DNA from: an uncultured Rikenellaceae bacterium
Lineage (GTDB): Bacteria > Bacteroidota > Bacteroidia > Bacteroidales > VadinHA17
Direction: 5' to 3'
DNA: 64,000 bases
Assembly: GCA_964599235.1 (NCBI GenBank)
Contig: CAZRDX010000007.1
Span: 156,941 to 220,940, forward strand
Both the position numbers and the translations under genes were made by a program. The notes beneath the pieces are model-generated. The model saw nothing but the letters and a program-made list of their open reading frames with translations. It did not search any database and was not told where the DNA came from. Below are positions 38,869-49,270 of the stretch, piece after piece; positions within the stretch are counted from its first letter, which is position 1; each line of letters starts with the position of its first letter.

Positions 38869-38888
38869 CATTTTCTCCCGGAGGAGGA

Positions 38889-39824
38889 TCAGAAAAGATG
38901 CATATTGTCGAGGACATCCATCACCTCGCGCACAGCTTTGGCCGAAGTATTGAGGAGTTCGCGTTCCTGATCGTCGAGCTCCACCTCGATGATCTCCTCG
39001 ATACCGTTGCGGCCCAGTTTCACCGGCACGCCGATGTAGATATCCTTCAGTCCGTATTCGCCGTTGAGGTAAGCACATACGGGCAGGATACGTTTCTGGT
39101 CCATGACGATCGACTCGACCATCTGGGCCACGGCGGCGCCGGGAGCGTACCATGCCGAGGTGCCGAGCAACTTGACGATCTCGCCCCCTCCTTTCTTGGT
39201 ACGTTCAACGATGGCATCCAGCTTTTCCTTGTCCATCAGCTGTGTTACGGGGATACCGGCCACCGTGGTGTACCGGGGCAGGGGCACCATCGAGTCGCCG
39301 TGGCCGCCCATCAGCAAGGCCTGAATGTCCTTGGGCGAGACGTTCAGCGCCTCGGCGATGAAGGCACGGTAACGGGCCGTGTCGAGCACTCCAGCCATAC
39401 CGAACACCTTGGAGGTGTCCTTCTTCGAGGCCAGATGCGCGGTGTACGACATCACATCCAAGGGATTGGTCACCACAATGATGATGGCCTCGGGCGAATA
39501 TTTCATCACGTTCTCGGTCACCGACTTGACGATGGCCGCATTGGTGCCGATGAGGTCATCACGGCTCATCCCCGGCTTGCGGGGTTTGCCCGAGGTGATC
39601 ACCACCACCTCCGACCCTTCGGTCTTGGTATAGTCGTTCGTACTGCCCGTGATACGCGTGTCGAACATCTGCACGGGCGACGACTCCCACATGTCGAGGG
39701 CTTTGCCCTCGGCCTGGTTCTCCACCACGTCCAGCAGGACGATCTCATTGACGATGTCTTTCTCTGCAAGAACGTTGGCTACGGTAGCACCTACGTTTCC
39801 TGCTCCGATCACTGATACTTTCAT
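38889..39824 (-). CDS. mdh: Malate dehydrogenase (LDH-like)
   Basis: VIGAGNVG, GKALD, RKPGMSRDDL, VTNPLD, LDTARY, GGHGD.MVP, SAWYAP. Confidence 0.95.
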   Translation of the reverse strand: MKVSVIGAGNVGATVANVLAEKDIVNEIVLLDVVENQAEGKALDMWESSPVQMFDTRITGSTNDYTKTEGSEVVVITSGKPRKPGMSRDDLIGTNAAIVKSVTENVMKYSPEAIIIVVTNPLDVMSYTAHLASKKDTSKVFGMAGVLDTARYRAFIAEALNVSPKDIQALLMGGHGDSMVPLPRYTTVAGIPVTQLMDKEKLDAIVERTKKGGGEIVKLLGTSAWYAPGAAVAQMVESIVMDQKRILPVCAYLNGEYGLKDIYIGVPVKLGRNGIEEIIEVELDDQERELLNTSAKAVREVMDVLDNMHLF

Positions 39825-39869
39825 GATACTTCTCTTTTTTATGGTTATGGTTAAAGCTATGAACGAGAC

Positions 39870-42146
39870 TCAAAGTTTGGTCCATTCCTGTGCGTCGACG
39901 ACGGCCATGGCCGTGACGTCGACGATCTCCTGCACCGAGCAGCCCATCTGCAGCACATGAATGGGTTTGCCGATGCCCATCAGGATGGGGCCGATGGCTT
40001 CCGAACCGCCGATCTCCTGCAGCATCTTATAGGCGATGTTACCGGCGTTCAGCGACGGGAAGATGAGGGTGTTCACCTTATGGTCGACCAGCTTGGAGAA
40101 AGGGAAGATGCTCTTCTGCAGGCTGTCGTTGAGGGCAAAGTTGGCTTGCAACTCGCCGTCGACGATCAGATCGGGATGATCGCGGTGCAGGATCTCCACC
40201 GCCCGGCTCATCGTCTTGGGCGAATCACCCCGCTGTGCCGACCCGAAGTTGGAATACGACAGGAGGGCGATGTGCGGCTCGATGTTGAACTTGTTCACCT
40301 GTTCGGCCGTCAGGAGCGTGATATCCACCAGCTCCTCGGCGGTAGGCAGGATATTGACCGTGGTGTCGGCGAAGAAGAAAGGTCCTTTGGGGGTCATCAT
40401 GATGTACATCCCCGCGATGGTCCGTACGCCGGGTTTGGTGCCCACGATCTGCAGCGCCGGCCGGATGGTGTCGGCATACTTGCTCTCGTAACCCGAGATG
40501 AAAGCATCCGCATCGCCCAGTTCCACCATCATCACGCCGAAGTAATAAGGATTGTGGATGAGGCTCTCCGCCTCGTCGAGGGTGATGCCTTTGCGCTGCC
40601 GTTTCTCGAAAAGCACCTTGGCATAACGCTTGCGTATGCGTGCTTCCAGCGACGAGTGAGGATTGATGATCTTCACCTTGTCCAGCTCCAGGTTGTTCTC
40701 TTCGATGATCTTCTTGATCTTCTTGGTATCCCCCAGCAGGATGGGTTTGGCGATACCTTCCAGGTAGACGATCTCGGCAGCCTTCAGGACGTTGAAGTTA
40801 TCGGCATCGGCGAACACCACCCGTTTGGGGGATTTTTTGGCTTTGTTGGTAATGAAGCGGATGAGCTGGTTGTCGTTGCCGAGGCGTTTGTTGAGCTCGT
40901 TGCGGTAGGCATCCCAGTCCTTGATCTTCTTGCGTGCCACGCCGCTCTCGATAGCTGCTTTGGCCACGGCGGGTGCCACGGTGGAGATCAGACGCGGATC
41001 AAGCGGCTTAGGGATGATGTACTCTCGGCCGAATGTAAGGTTCTTGGTGTTGTAGGCGATGTTGACCACCTCGGGCACGGGTTGTTTGGCCAGTTCGGCC
41101 AGGGCGCGTGCCGCGGCGATCTTCATCTCCTCGTTGATGGCTCTCGCCCGCACATCCAGTGCGCCGCGGAAGATGAAGGGGAAGCCCAGCACGTTGTTGA
41201 TCTGGTTGGGATAGTCCGAACGTCCCGTGGCGAAGATGATGTCCTTCCGGGCGGCGACGGCCTCCTCGTAGGTGATCTCCGGCATAGGGTTGGCCATGGC
41301 AAAGACGATCGGATCCTTGGCCATGCTCTTGAGCATCTTAGGGGTGAGCACCCCCGCCACCGACAGTCCCAGGAAGACATCCGCCCCCTTGAGGGCTTCC
41401 TCGAGCGTCTCCACGTCGCGGTCGGTAGCGAACATCTGCTTGTACTTGTTGAGATCCTTGCGTTTGGTGCTGATCACACCCCGGCTGTCGAACATCACGA
41501 TGTTCTCCTTCTTCATCCCCATGGCCACATAGAGCTTGGTACATGAAATCGCCGCGGCACCCGCCCCGTTGACCACCATGGTCAGATCTTCGATCTTCTT
41601 ACCATTGAGTTCCAGCGCATTGACCAGCCCCGCCGCCGAAATGATGGCCGTACCATGCTGGTCGTCATGCATCACCGGGATATCGAGCTCGGCCTTCAGC
41701 CGCTCCTCGATCTCGAAGCATTCAGGTGCCTTGATATCCTCGAGGTTGATCCCCCCGAAGGTGGGGGCGATGAGCTTGACCGTCTCGACGAACTTGTCGA
41801 CATCCTTGGTATCGATCTCGATATCGAAGACATCCACATCGCCAAAGATCTTGAAGAGGAGCCCTTTCCCTTCCATCACCGGTTTGCCGGCCTCCGGACC
41901 GATGTCGCCCAGTCCCAGGACGGCCGTTCCGTTGGAGATCACGGCCACCAGATTGCCCTTGGCAGTGTATTTGTAAACATCCTCGGGCTTGCTGTGGATC
42001 TCAAGACAGGGCTCAGCAACCCCGGGGGAATAGGCCATGGAAAGATCCCGCTGCGTACTGTGCGGCTTGGTGGGGATCACCTCGATCTTTCCCGGACGCC
42101 CCTTGCTGTGATACTCAAGAGCATCCTTCTTACTTATCTTGGTCAT
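39870..42146 (-). CDS. maeB: NADP-dependent malic enzyme with C-terminal phosphotransacetylase-like domain
   Basis: [54 protein letters not shown]; PTA-like tail KRVVFAD...DGELQAN. Start placed at ATG 42146. Confidence 0.95.
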   Translation of the reverse strand: MTKISKKDALEYHSKGRPGKIEVIPTKPHSTQRDLSMAYSPGVAEPCLEIHSKPEDVYKYTAKGNLVAVISNGTAVLGLGDIGPEAGKPVMEGKGLLFKIFGDVDVFDIEIDTKDVDKFVETVKLIAPTFGGINLEDIKAPECFEIEERLKAELDIPVMHDDQHGTAIISAAGLVNALELNGKKIEDLTMVVNGAGAAAISCTKLYVAMGMKKENIVMFDSRGVISTKRKDLNKYKQMFATDRDVETLEEALKGADVFLGLSVAGVLTPKMLKSMAKDPIVFAMANPMPEITYEEAVAARKDIIFATGRSDYPNQINNVLGFPFIFRGALDVRARAINEEMKIAAARALAELAKQPVPEVVNIAYNTKNLTFGREYIIPKPLDPRLISTVAPAVAKAAIESGVARKKIKDWDAYRNELNKRLGNDNQLIRFITNKAKKSPKRVVFADADNFNVLKAAEIVYLEGIAKPILLGDTKKIKKIIEENNLELDKVKIINPHSSLEARIRKRYAKVLFEKRQRKGITLDEAESLIHNPYYFGVMMVELGDADAFISGYESKYADTIRPALQIVGTKPGVRTIAGMYIMMTPKGPFFFADTTVNILPTAEELVDITLLTAEQVNKFNIEPHIALLSYSNFGSAQRGDSPKTMSRAVEILHRDHPDLIVDGELQANFALNDSLQKSIFPFSKLVDHKVNTLIFPSLNAGNIAYKMLQEIGGSEAIGPILMGIGKPIHVLQMGCSVQEIVDVTAMAVVDAQEWTKL

Positions 42147-42380
42147 GGTCGTTCCTTTTTGGTTTTTCAGGATCATTCCTGTTACAAAGCTAAAAATATT
42201 TGGCGCTTTCAGGTATGATATATCCCCATCCTTCGATATGTTTTACGATAGTTTTTACGGAGGATGGTTGTAAAACATATCCTGGGACGATACAACCTTG
42301 GTTCATTTATGGTAATTTTACAGAACATTTGAAACAAACGTTTTAGTCAATATTCCATAACCATTAAAAGTTCAAGAACT

Positions 42381-43688
42381 ATGTCCAACATCAAAAAGAA
42401 ACTACAGGAAAAGATCGAGGGGTGGCGTCCGCGGACGGCCCGTCTTGCCAAGGAATTCGGTGATGTGAAGCTGAGTGAGGTGACCATTGGCCAGGCCATT
42501 GGCGGCATGCGGGGTGTGAAGTGTCTGGTCACGGACATCTCTTACCTCGACCCTTATGAAGGTATCCGTTTCCGTGGTTACACCATCCCCGAGGTGCTCG
42601 AGAAGCTTCCCAAGCCGGAGGGGGCCGAGTATCCGACGGTGGAGTCGTTCTTCTATCTGCTGCTCACCGGCGACATCCCCACCGAGGAGGATGCCCGTGA
42701 GATCGGCGAGGAGTTCAAGGCCAGGGCCAAGGTACCCCAGTATGTTTTCGACGTCATCAACGCCCTGCCCGAAGACAGCCATCCGATGGTGATGTTCTCC
42801 ACGGCCATCCTGTCGATGGAGAAGGAGTCGATCTTCGCCCGCAAGTACAAGGAGGGCATCAGCAAGATGGATTACTGGGATCCCACTTACGAGGATGCCA
42901 TGAACCTGCTGGCCAAGCTGCCCGAGATCGGGGCATACATCTACCGCAAGAAGTTCAAGGGTGGTGACATCATTCCGCCCGATCCGAACCTCGATTTCGG
43001 AGCCAACTTTGCCCACATGATGGGTGTGCCGCATCCTTATGATGAGCTGTCGCGGCTTTATTTCATCCTGCACAGCGACCACGAGAGCGGCAACGTGAGT
43101 GCCCACACCGGTCATCTGGTGGCCAGCGCCCTCTCGGATGTGTACTATGCCATCTCTGCCATGATCGACGGTCTGGCCGGCCCGCTGCACGGCCTGGCCA
43201 ACGAGATGGTGCTGCGCTGGATCCAGGGGGTGATGGAAAAGATGGGAGGCAAGGTGCCCGACGAAGAGGAGATGAAGAAATTCGTCTGGGACACCCTCAA
43301 CTCGGGCCAGGTGATCCCCGGATACGGTCATGCCGTGCTGCGTAAGACCGACCCGCGTTACACCGCCCAGCGTGAGTTCAGCCTCAAGCATCTGCCCGAC
43401 GATCCCATTTTCGCCTATGTGGACATCCTCTACAAGGTGGTACCCGACATCCTCCGCGAACACGGCAAGGCTAAGAACCCCTGGCCCAACGTCGACGCCC
43501 AGTCGGGGGTCATCCAGTGGCACTATGGCGTGCGGGAGTACGACTTCTACACCGTGCTCTTCGGCATCGGCCGCTCCTTGGGTGTCCTCTCGAACATCAT
43601 CTGGGACCGCGGACTGGGCTATCCCATCGAACGGCCCAAGTCGGTCACCACGGACATGCTCGAAGAGGTGGCAGGCATCAAGAAATAA
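42381..43688 (+). CDS. gltA: Citrate (Si)-synthase, eukaryotic/type I-like
   Basis: IGGMRG, GIRFRG, LHSDHESGNVSAH, LAGPLHGLAN, PGYGHAVLRKTDPR, NPWPNVDA, ERPKS. Confidence 0.92.
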   Translation: MSNIKKKLQEKIEGWRPRTARLAKEFGDVKLSEVTIGQAIGGMRGVKCLVTDISYLDPYEGIRFRGYTIPEVLEKLPKPEGAEYPTVESFFYLLLTGDIPTEEDAREIGEEFKARAKVPQYVFDVINALPEDSHPMVMFSTAILSMEKESIFARKYKEGISKMDYWDPTYEDAMNLLAKLPEIGAYIYRKKFKGGDIIPPDPNLDFGANFAHMMGVPHPYDELSRLYFILHSDHESGNVSAHTGHLVASALSDVYYAISAMIDGLAGPLHGLANEMVLRWIQGVMEKMGGKVPDEEEMKKFVWDTLNSGQVIPGYGHAVLRKTDPRYTAQREFSLKHLPDDPIFAYVDILYKVVPDILREHGKAKNPWPNVDAQSGVIQWHYGVREYDFYTVLFGIGRSLGVLSNIIWDRGLGYPIERPKSVTTDMLEEVAGIKK

Positions 43689-43710
43689 TCCCCTGCCGAC
43701 AGCACAAAGC

Positions 43711-43745
43711 AAAGGAAGCCGGGAAATTCCCGGCTTCCTTTTTTC
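43711..43745. terminator. Bidirectional terminator between gltA and the export operon
   Basis: AAAGGAAGCCGGG-AAATT-CCCGGCTTCCTTT followed by a T-run. Confidence 0.88.
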
Positions 43746-43802
43746 ATGTTCCCCTGCTCTCTCCCGTTACCGTTGTTCCTTTCGCTCTCTTTCCCTCCGC
43801 AT

Positions 43803-44540
43803 TCATCTGATGAACTTTTCCCTCTTCTGAAGGTTGAGCAGGCCGGTAAGCAGGAAAAGGGTCCCGCCACTAAGAAGGAAAATACGGTTCCTGACGGTCA
43901 CCGCATGCCACAATGCCTCGTTCATGCGAGAAGGTATGTCGTAAGGGTTATGGAAGACGTTCCAGAAGCTTCTGTACAGGGCTTCTCCCAGGATGAACAT
44001 TCCCACACCCAGGACGACCAGCACCACGGCGGTGCCGGTGCCGCTGCGGATGATCGTGGAAAGCATGAAGGCCAGCATGCCGGTGAAGTACATGGGGACC
44101 ATCAGTTGGGCACTCACCTCAAAGATCCGTATCCGGTAGAGGGTGACGGAGGCGATCTCCGCAAAGAGCAACAACAGGAGATAGAGGATCAGATAAATGA
44201 TCACCAGTCTGACCAGCCACACCTTGTAACGGTAGTTGGGGATGCCGAACAGGATCTCCAGCACTCCCGCATCTTCATCATTCTGAATGCCAAAGACGGT
44301 GGGATAGAAAAGCATGAGGATGCCGGGAAGGATCAGAGCCCCGTAAATGAAAGGGGTTTCCACCGGGCTGCCGTCGTAGACCTTGAGGCCGGCAATGAGA
44401 AGAAAGACCAGGAAAGCCACCAGCACGAACCAGCCAAAGCGCTGGGCAAAGATGATCTTCACATTGTAACGGACCATATTCCGTATGAGAACGACGAGGT
44501 TCCTCACTTTTTTGTTTCTTTTTTTCGGACCAGTCATCAT
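43803..44540 (-). CDS. Small ABC-2-type permease-like membrane protein
   Basis: About 6 TM helices; NDEDAGVLEILFGIP resembles the ABC-2 ERExGTLELLxxxP motif; last gene of the operon. Confidence 0.65.
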   Translation of the reverse strand: MMTGPKKRNKKVRNLVVLIRNMVRYNVKIIFAQRFGWFVLVAFLVFLLIAGLKVYDGSPVETPFIYGALILPGILMLFYPTVFGIQNDEDAGVLEILFGIPNYRYKVWLVRLVIIYLILYLLLLLFAEIASVTLYRIRIFEVSAQLMVPMYFTGMLAFMLSTIIRSGTGTAVVLVVLGVGMFILGEALYRSFWNVFHNPYDIPSRMNEALWHAVTVRNRIFLLSGGTLFLLTGLLNLQKREKFIR

Positions 44541-44553
44541 CTTTCCATTATCG

Positions 44554-47500
44554 TTACCGGATGTCTTTCAGCAGGCAGAGATAAGCGTCTTCGAGGAGGG
44601 GTGTGACCTCCAGGGCCTGTGGCAGGGGTTTTTCCCGTGCGATGAGGCGCACGCGTATCCGTCCGTTCACCTGCATATGATGGACCACCAGCCATTCGCC
44701 GGTTTTTTTTCTGAACTCCTCTTCGCTCACCTCCACCTGCCACACCTTGCCCCGGCCGAAGCGGGTCATCTCCTGGGGGTCGCCCAGATATTTCAGCTCA
44801 CCCCGGTCGATCACGGCCACACGGTTGCAGGAGCTGGCAATGTCTTCGATGATGTGGGTAGAGAAGAGAACGATGCGGTCGCGTGACAGCTCCACCAGCA
44901 GGTTACGGAAACGTATCCTCTCACGCGGGTCGAGGCCTGCGGTGGGTTCGTCCACCACGAGGATACGCGGCAGATGGAGAAGGATCTGTGCGATGCCGAT
45001 ACGTTGTTTCATTCCTCCCGAGAAGGAGCCGATCAATTCGTCGCGGTGGTCCACCATGTGCACGGCCCGCAAGACGTACTCCACACGCTTCTTGCGTGCG
45101 GCAGCATCGGTAAGACCTCTCAGCATCGCCTGGTAATCCAGGTAGTCGCCGGCGGTCATGTTCTCGTACATCCCGAACTCCTGCGGCAGGTAACCGATAT
45201 ATCCCTGCAGTTCCTCCCTTCTCTGCAGCGTATCGTGGCCGTTGATCCACACCTTGCCGTAGCTCTGATCGTAGATGCCGCATACGATACGCATGAGGGT
45301 GGTCTTACCGGCGCCGTTGGGACCGAGCAGGCCGAACATCCCCGTGCCGATCTCGAAGCTGATGCCTTTCAGGGCTTTGAAAGGTGTCCTTTTCCTGCCC
45401 AGCCAGGGGATGATCATCACCAGACGATAAAAGGCACGCCGCAGCCCGCCCAGACGCCCGGTGATCTCCTCTATGTTCACCTTATCACGGTACAGTCTCC
45501 CGGACACGGAAGAGACCGTCAGGGAGAAATACCACAGCAAAGCCGTCAGGATCACCAGGGCTTTGTTGTCCAGCGAGAAGAACAGCCATCCCAGCATCCC
45601 TGCGGGGAGGAACCAGTACAAAAGACGGTGTATCCATTTGTCAAGGCGAGGACCGCTCTTTTTGCCCGTTCTTCGGGAACGGTACTGCAGCATCTGCTGC
45701 CAGGGACGGCAGAGCCACAGGGTCGCCTTCCAGGTGAGGATGGTGAAGACGATCACCCAGAAAGCTTTTTCAAGGTGGATGAACGTGAACCATACCAGGA
45801 AGAGGCAGAGGGGCAGTTGCCACACGAGGTCGTGGAGATCTGCGATCGTGTGGTAGTTCTTTTCCCTGACGGCTTTTTCGCGGATGATCTTTCCCGCCTG
45901 CCACTGACGCACGAACCGGCCCGGGCGGTCGTAGATCTTTACCACGTTCCGGAGCCGGATGGTGATGGGATGCCCTTCGGGGATCAGGCGGGTGCCGGCA
46001 CTGCGGAGGCTGGTGAGCACGAACCAGGTCAGCGCCGGCACACCGACCGTCAGAAGGATCAGCAGGAGCATCCGCCACAGGAAAGAGGCACCGCCCTGCC
46101 AGATCAGCAGCATCCCCGACAGCCAGGACACGGCCATCAGGAGCCTGGTACGCAACGGAAGACGACGTATCCATATCAGGGCATTCTCCAGTCCCGAATA
46201 GAAGACCGGGATCACGACCAGGGTGAGGAGGGTGCTCACCGAGAGACCGCCGATGACGGTGATGGCAAAAGGTGCCCCGATGGCGCTGACATACTCCGCG
46301 TCACCCAGAGCCAGCGGCATCATGGCCACGATGGTGGTGATCGCCGTGATCAGGATGGGTCGCACACGCGAGATACCGGCAGTGAGGATCGCCCGTACCT
46401 TGCGGTTGCCTCGCTGCCTCAGGATGCTGGTGAAATCGATCAGGAGGATGCCGTTGTTAACGACGATACCGATCAGGATGATGAAGCCGGTGAGGGTATT
46501 GGCATTGAACAGGGCGGTACGGGTAAAGATCAGTGCCAGGAAAGAGCCGATGGCTGCCAGGGGGATGGAGAGCATCAGCACGAAGGGGACCGTCAGCGAC
46601 TCGAAGACCGAGGCCAGGATCATGAAGATCAGGAGGACGGCGGCCCCCATCAGGAAATAGAAGTCCCTGAACTGCTCTTCCGGCTTGACGATCTCCAGGC
46701 TCACTCCCGGCGGAAGATGATAGGCATGGAGGAGGGCGGCTACCTCGTCGCGGTAGGAGGCCAGCATTTTTTTTGAGCGGTAGGCTTCCCGCAAGAAAGC
46801 ATATCTGACGGAGATCTGTTTGCTTTGGTTCACGCGCTGGATGTTCCCCTTACCGCTGGCCACGATGATCCTGGCAAAGGTCTGCAGCTCGTGCAGGCTG
46901 CCTCCGCCGCCCCGGACCGGCAGATGGCGCAAGTCGTCCAGGGTCTTACGGGGAATCTGCCCCACGGTGTCGGGGCGGCTGTCGCGGAGGATGATATCGT
47001 AGAGGTCGCCTCCCTGCCTGAAAGTGACCCCCGCCCCCATCTCACCGGAGAAACTGTTCAGCGCCATGCTCACCGCCCCCAGGTCGATACCGTATTCGGT
47101 CATCCTCAGCGGATCGAAATGCAGATGGACCTCGGGACGCACCCAGGGGGAGCTCACCCAGACATAGCTGACCGACTCGAGGGTGTGCAGGAGGTAATCC
47201 AGGTCTTTGGCGACGCGTCGCATGACAGGATAGTCCTCCCCCCTGATGATGAGCTCCTCCCGGTCGCCGCCCATGCCCAGCAGACGCCGAAAACCGGACA
47301 TCATATCCGTGGCTGCTCCGGCGTCGCCGCCGGCCAGGCTCCCCTCTGTCCTGATGGTGGCATGGCTGACATTCCTGAACTTCGCACGTATGTCGCCTAT
47401 GATCTCTTCCATGCTGCGGCCGGTACGGCGGTAGTCTTCTTTCAGGTGGACCGTGATCACCGCTTCACCTGCACGGATGTTACTGATGACCATGCTGCTC

Positions 47501-49257
47501 TCTTCCATCTTCTCCACCGCCTCCTCGATGTTCCGCACCAGCCTGTCGGTGGCGGCGAGAGTAGCCCCCGTGACCATGTTCACACGGATGGTGAGGACCC
47601 GGCTTTTCTCCTCATTCACATTGCGAACATTGATCGACAAAGCGATGAAGATGGTGATGAAAAAGAGGGCCACCGCTCCCAACACCGTTGCGACAGGATG
47701 ACGCAGGCCCGTTTTGAGCAACAGGAGGTAGATCCTGATGATACGATGGCGGATGCTCATCGTCTCGTACAGCGCACCTTTTTTCTTTTGCCGGGAAAGA
47801 ACGGTGTGGGTCGTCATAGGGATGAAGAGCAGGGCCACCGCCAGCGACAACAACAGGGTGGAGATGATGGAGATGCTGATCTCCCGTCCCAGCAGCCTGA
47901 TGAGCATGTTCTGTGCAAACAGGAAAGGCACAAAGACCATCACCGTGGTGAGGGTGGCGGCGAAGACCGACCGCCATACTTCGCGTGTCCCTTCTGTCAC
48001 CGCAAGATCAGGCGGCTCACCCCGTGCCGACCGCCGGTAGATGTTCTCCAGCACCACCACGGAGTTGTCGAGCAGCATGCCGATGGCCAGGACCATCCCG
48101 ATGAGCGAGAAGCTGTTGAGGGTGATGTTGTAGAGATAGAAAAGATTGAACGCACCAAAGACGGAGATGGGCAGGGCGAGGGCCACGAAAGCCACCACGC
48201 GGATGTTCTTCAGGAAGATCCACAGCACCAGGATGGCCAGCAATCCGCCAGTCAGTGCCAGTCGCATGATCTGGTCGATGTTCCGTTCCATGGTTTCGGC
48301 CACGTTGGAGCGGATGATCACGGAAAGCCCCAGCGGCCGGTACTGTTCGTTGAGGTGGCGGATCACCTGTTCGGTCCTGTGGGACAGGTCGATGAGGTTG
48401 GACCGGGTATCGTTGACGAGGGCCACGGAGACGGCATTCTTTCCGTTGACACGGCTCAGGGAAGTCTCTTCCTTGAGGCCGAAATAGACCGTGGCCACGT
48501 CACGCAACAGGATGGGCCCCGGGGCGACGACGATGTTCTCTATCTGGCTCACATCCCGGAAATCGGAGGAGACATACACGAACCACCGTCTTTCCCCGTC
48601 GCGGACGCTGCCGGCGTAGGAGCGGTTTCCCGAGTTCTTTGCCAGGGCCGACCGTACCTGGGCGGGTGTCACGTGATAGATCTTGCAGGCTCCTTCGTCG
48701 AGACGCACCTCGATGCTTCTCTCCCTGCCGCCAAAGATCTGCACTCCGGCGATGCCGTCGATGTTTTCCAGGGCGGGGCGTATCTTCCTCTCGGTGAGCG
48801 CCCGCACCCTGTCCACATCCCCCTCGCCGGTCACCTGCAGCTCCATGAAACGTCTGTTGATACGGCCGGGATCGATGCGTACCACCATCACACGGAAACC
48901 CTCCGGGAGACGGGAACGCGCCGCATTCACCTTCTCCTGCAGCCGCAGATAGGCCAGACGGAAATTCGTCCTTTTCTTGAAAGAGACCCGGATCGTAGCA
49001 TTCCGGCTGTTGAGGTCGGAGCGCACCTCCTCGATCCCTTCGAGGGTGCTCACCACCTCCTCGAGAGGGATCACGGCCGCATTCTCCATGTAGACGGGAT
49101 CCACCTCCGTAGGCGAGATCACCCGGACGATCAGGTAAGGAAGCTCGGGACTGGGATAGAGTTCCACAGGAAGCTGTCGGTACGAGACATACCCCAGCAG
49201 TGTCAGCCCAGTGAAGAGCATGCTGATCAGTACTTTCCTGCGGATGATGAAGTCCAT
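44554..49257 (-). CDS. RND (AcrB/MdtB-like) permease fused to extra TM helices and a C-terminal ABC ATPase
   Basis: RND motifs LPVELYP, GMLLDNSVVVLENI, GIVVNNGILLID, RVRPILITAITT; ABC motifs GPNGAGKTT, YLPQ, FSGGMKQR, ILVVDEPT, STH. Confidence 0.9.
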   Translation of the reverse strand: MDFIIRRKVLISMLFTGLTLLGYVSYRQLPVELYPSPELPYLIVRVISPTEVDPVYMENAAVIPLEEVVSTLEGIEEVRSDLNSRNATIRVSFKKRTNFRLAYLRLQEKVNAARSRLPEGFRVMVVRIDPGRINRRFMELQVTGEGDVDRVRALTERKIRPALENIDGIAGVQIFGGRERSIEVRLDEGACKIYHVTPAQVRSALAKNSGNRSYAGSVRDGERRWFVYVSSDFRDVSQIENIVVAPGPILLRDVATVYFGLKEETSLSRVNGKNAVSVALVNDTRSNLIDLSHRTEQVIRHLNEQYRPLGLSVIIRSNVAETMERNIDQIMRLALTGGLLAILVLWIFLKNIRVVAFVALALPISVFGAFNLFYLYNITLNSFSLIGMVLAIGMLLDNSVVVLENIYRRSARGEPPDLAVTEGTREVWRSVFAATLTTVMVFVPFLFAQNMLIRLLGREISISIISTLLLSLAVALLFIPMTTHTVLSRQKKKGALYETMSIRHRIIRIYLLLLKTGLRHPVATVLGAVALFFITIFIALSINVRNVNEEKSRVLTIRVNMVTGATLAATDRLVRNIEEAVEKMEESSMVISNIRAGEAVITVHLKEDYRRTGRSMEEIIGDIRAKFRNVSHATIRTEGSLAGGDAGAATDMMSGFRRLLGMGGDREELIIRGEDYPVMRRVAKDLDYLLHTLESVSYVWVSSPWVRPEVHLHFDPLRMTEYGIDLGAVSMALNSFSGEMGAGVTFRQGGDLYDIILRDSRPDTVGQIPRKTLDDLRHLPVRGGGGSLHELQTFARIIVASGKGNIQRVNQSKQISVRYAFLREAYRSKKMLASYRDEVAALLHAYHLPPGVSLEIVKPEEQFRDFYFLMGAAVLLIFMILASVFESLTVPFVLMLSIPLAAIGSFLALIFTRTALFNANTLTGFIILIGIVVNNGILLIDFTSILRQRGNRKVRAILTAGISRVRPILITAITTIVAMMPLALGDAEYVSAIGAPFAITVIGGLSVSTLLTLVVIPVFYSGLENALIWIRRLPLRTRLLMAVSWLSGMLLIWQGGASFLWRMLLLILLTVGVPALTWFVLTSLRSAGTRLIPEGHPITIRLRNVVKIYDRPGRFVRQWQAGKIIREKAVREKNYHTIADLHDLVWQLPLCLFLVWFTFIHLEKAFWVIVFTILTWKATLWLCRPWQQMLQYRSRRTGKKSGPRLDKWIHRLLYWFLPAGMLGWLFFSLDNKALVILTALLWYFSLTVSSVSGRLYRDKVNIEEITGRLGGLRRAFYRLVMIIPWLGRKRTPFKALKGISFEIGTGMFGLLGPNGAGKTTLMRIVCGIYDQSYGKVWINGHDTLQRREELQGYIGYLPQEFGMYENMTAGDYLDYQAMLRGLTDAAARKKRVEYVLRAVHMVDHRDELIGSFSGGMKQRIGIAQILLHLPRILVVDEPTAGLDPRERIRFRNLLVELSRDRIVLFSTHIIEDIASSCNRVAVIDRGELKYLGDPQEMTRFGRGKVWQVEVSEEEFRKKTGEWLVVHHMQVNGRIRVRLIAREKPLPQALEVTPLLEDAYLCLLKDIR

Positions 49258-49270
49258 CTTTTCTTTGCGT

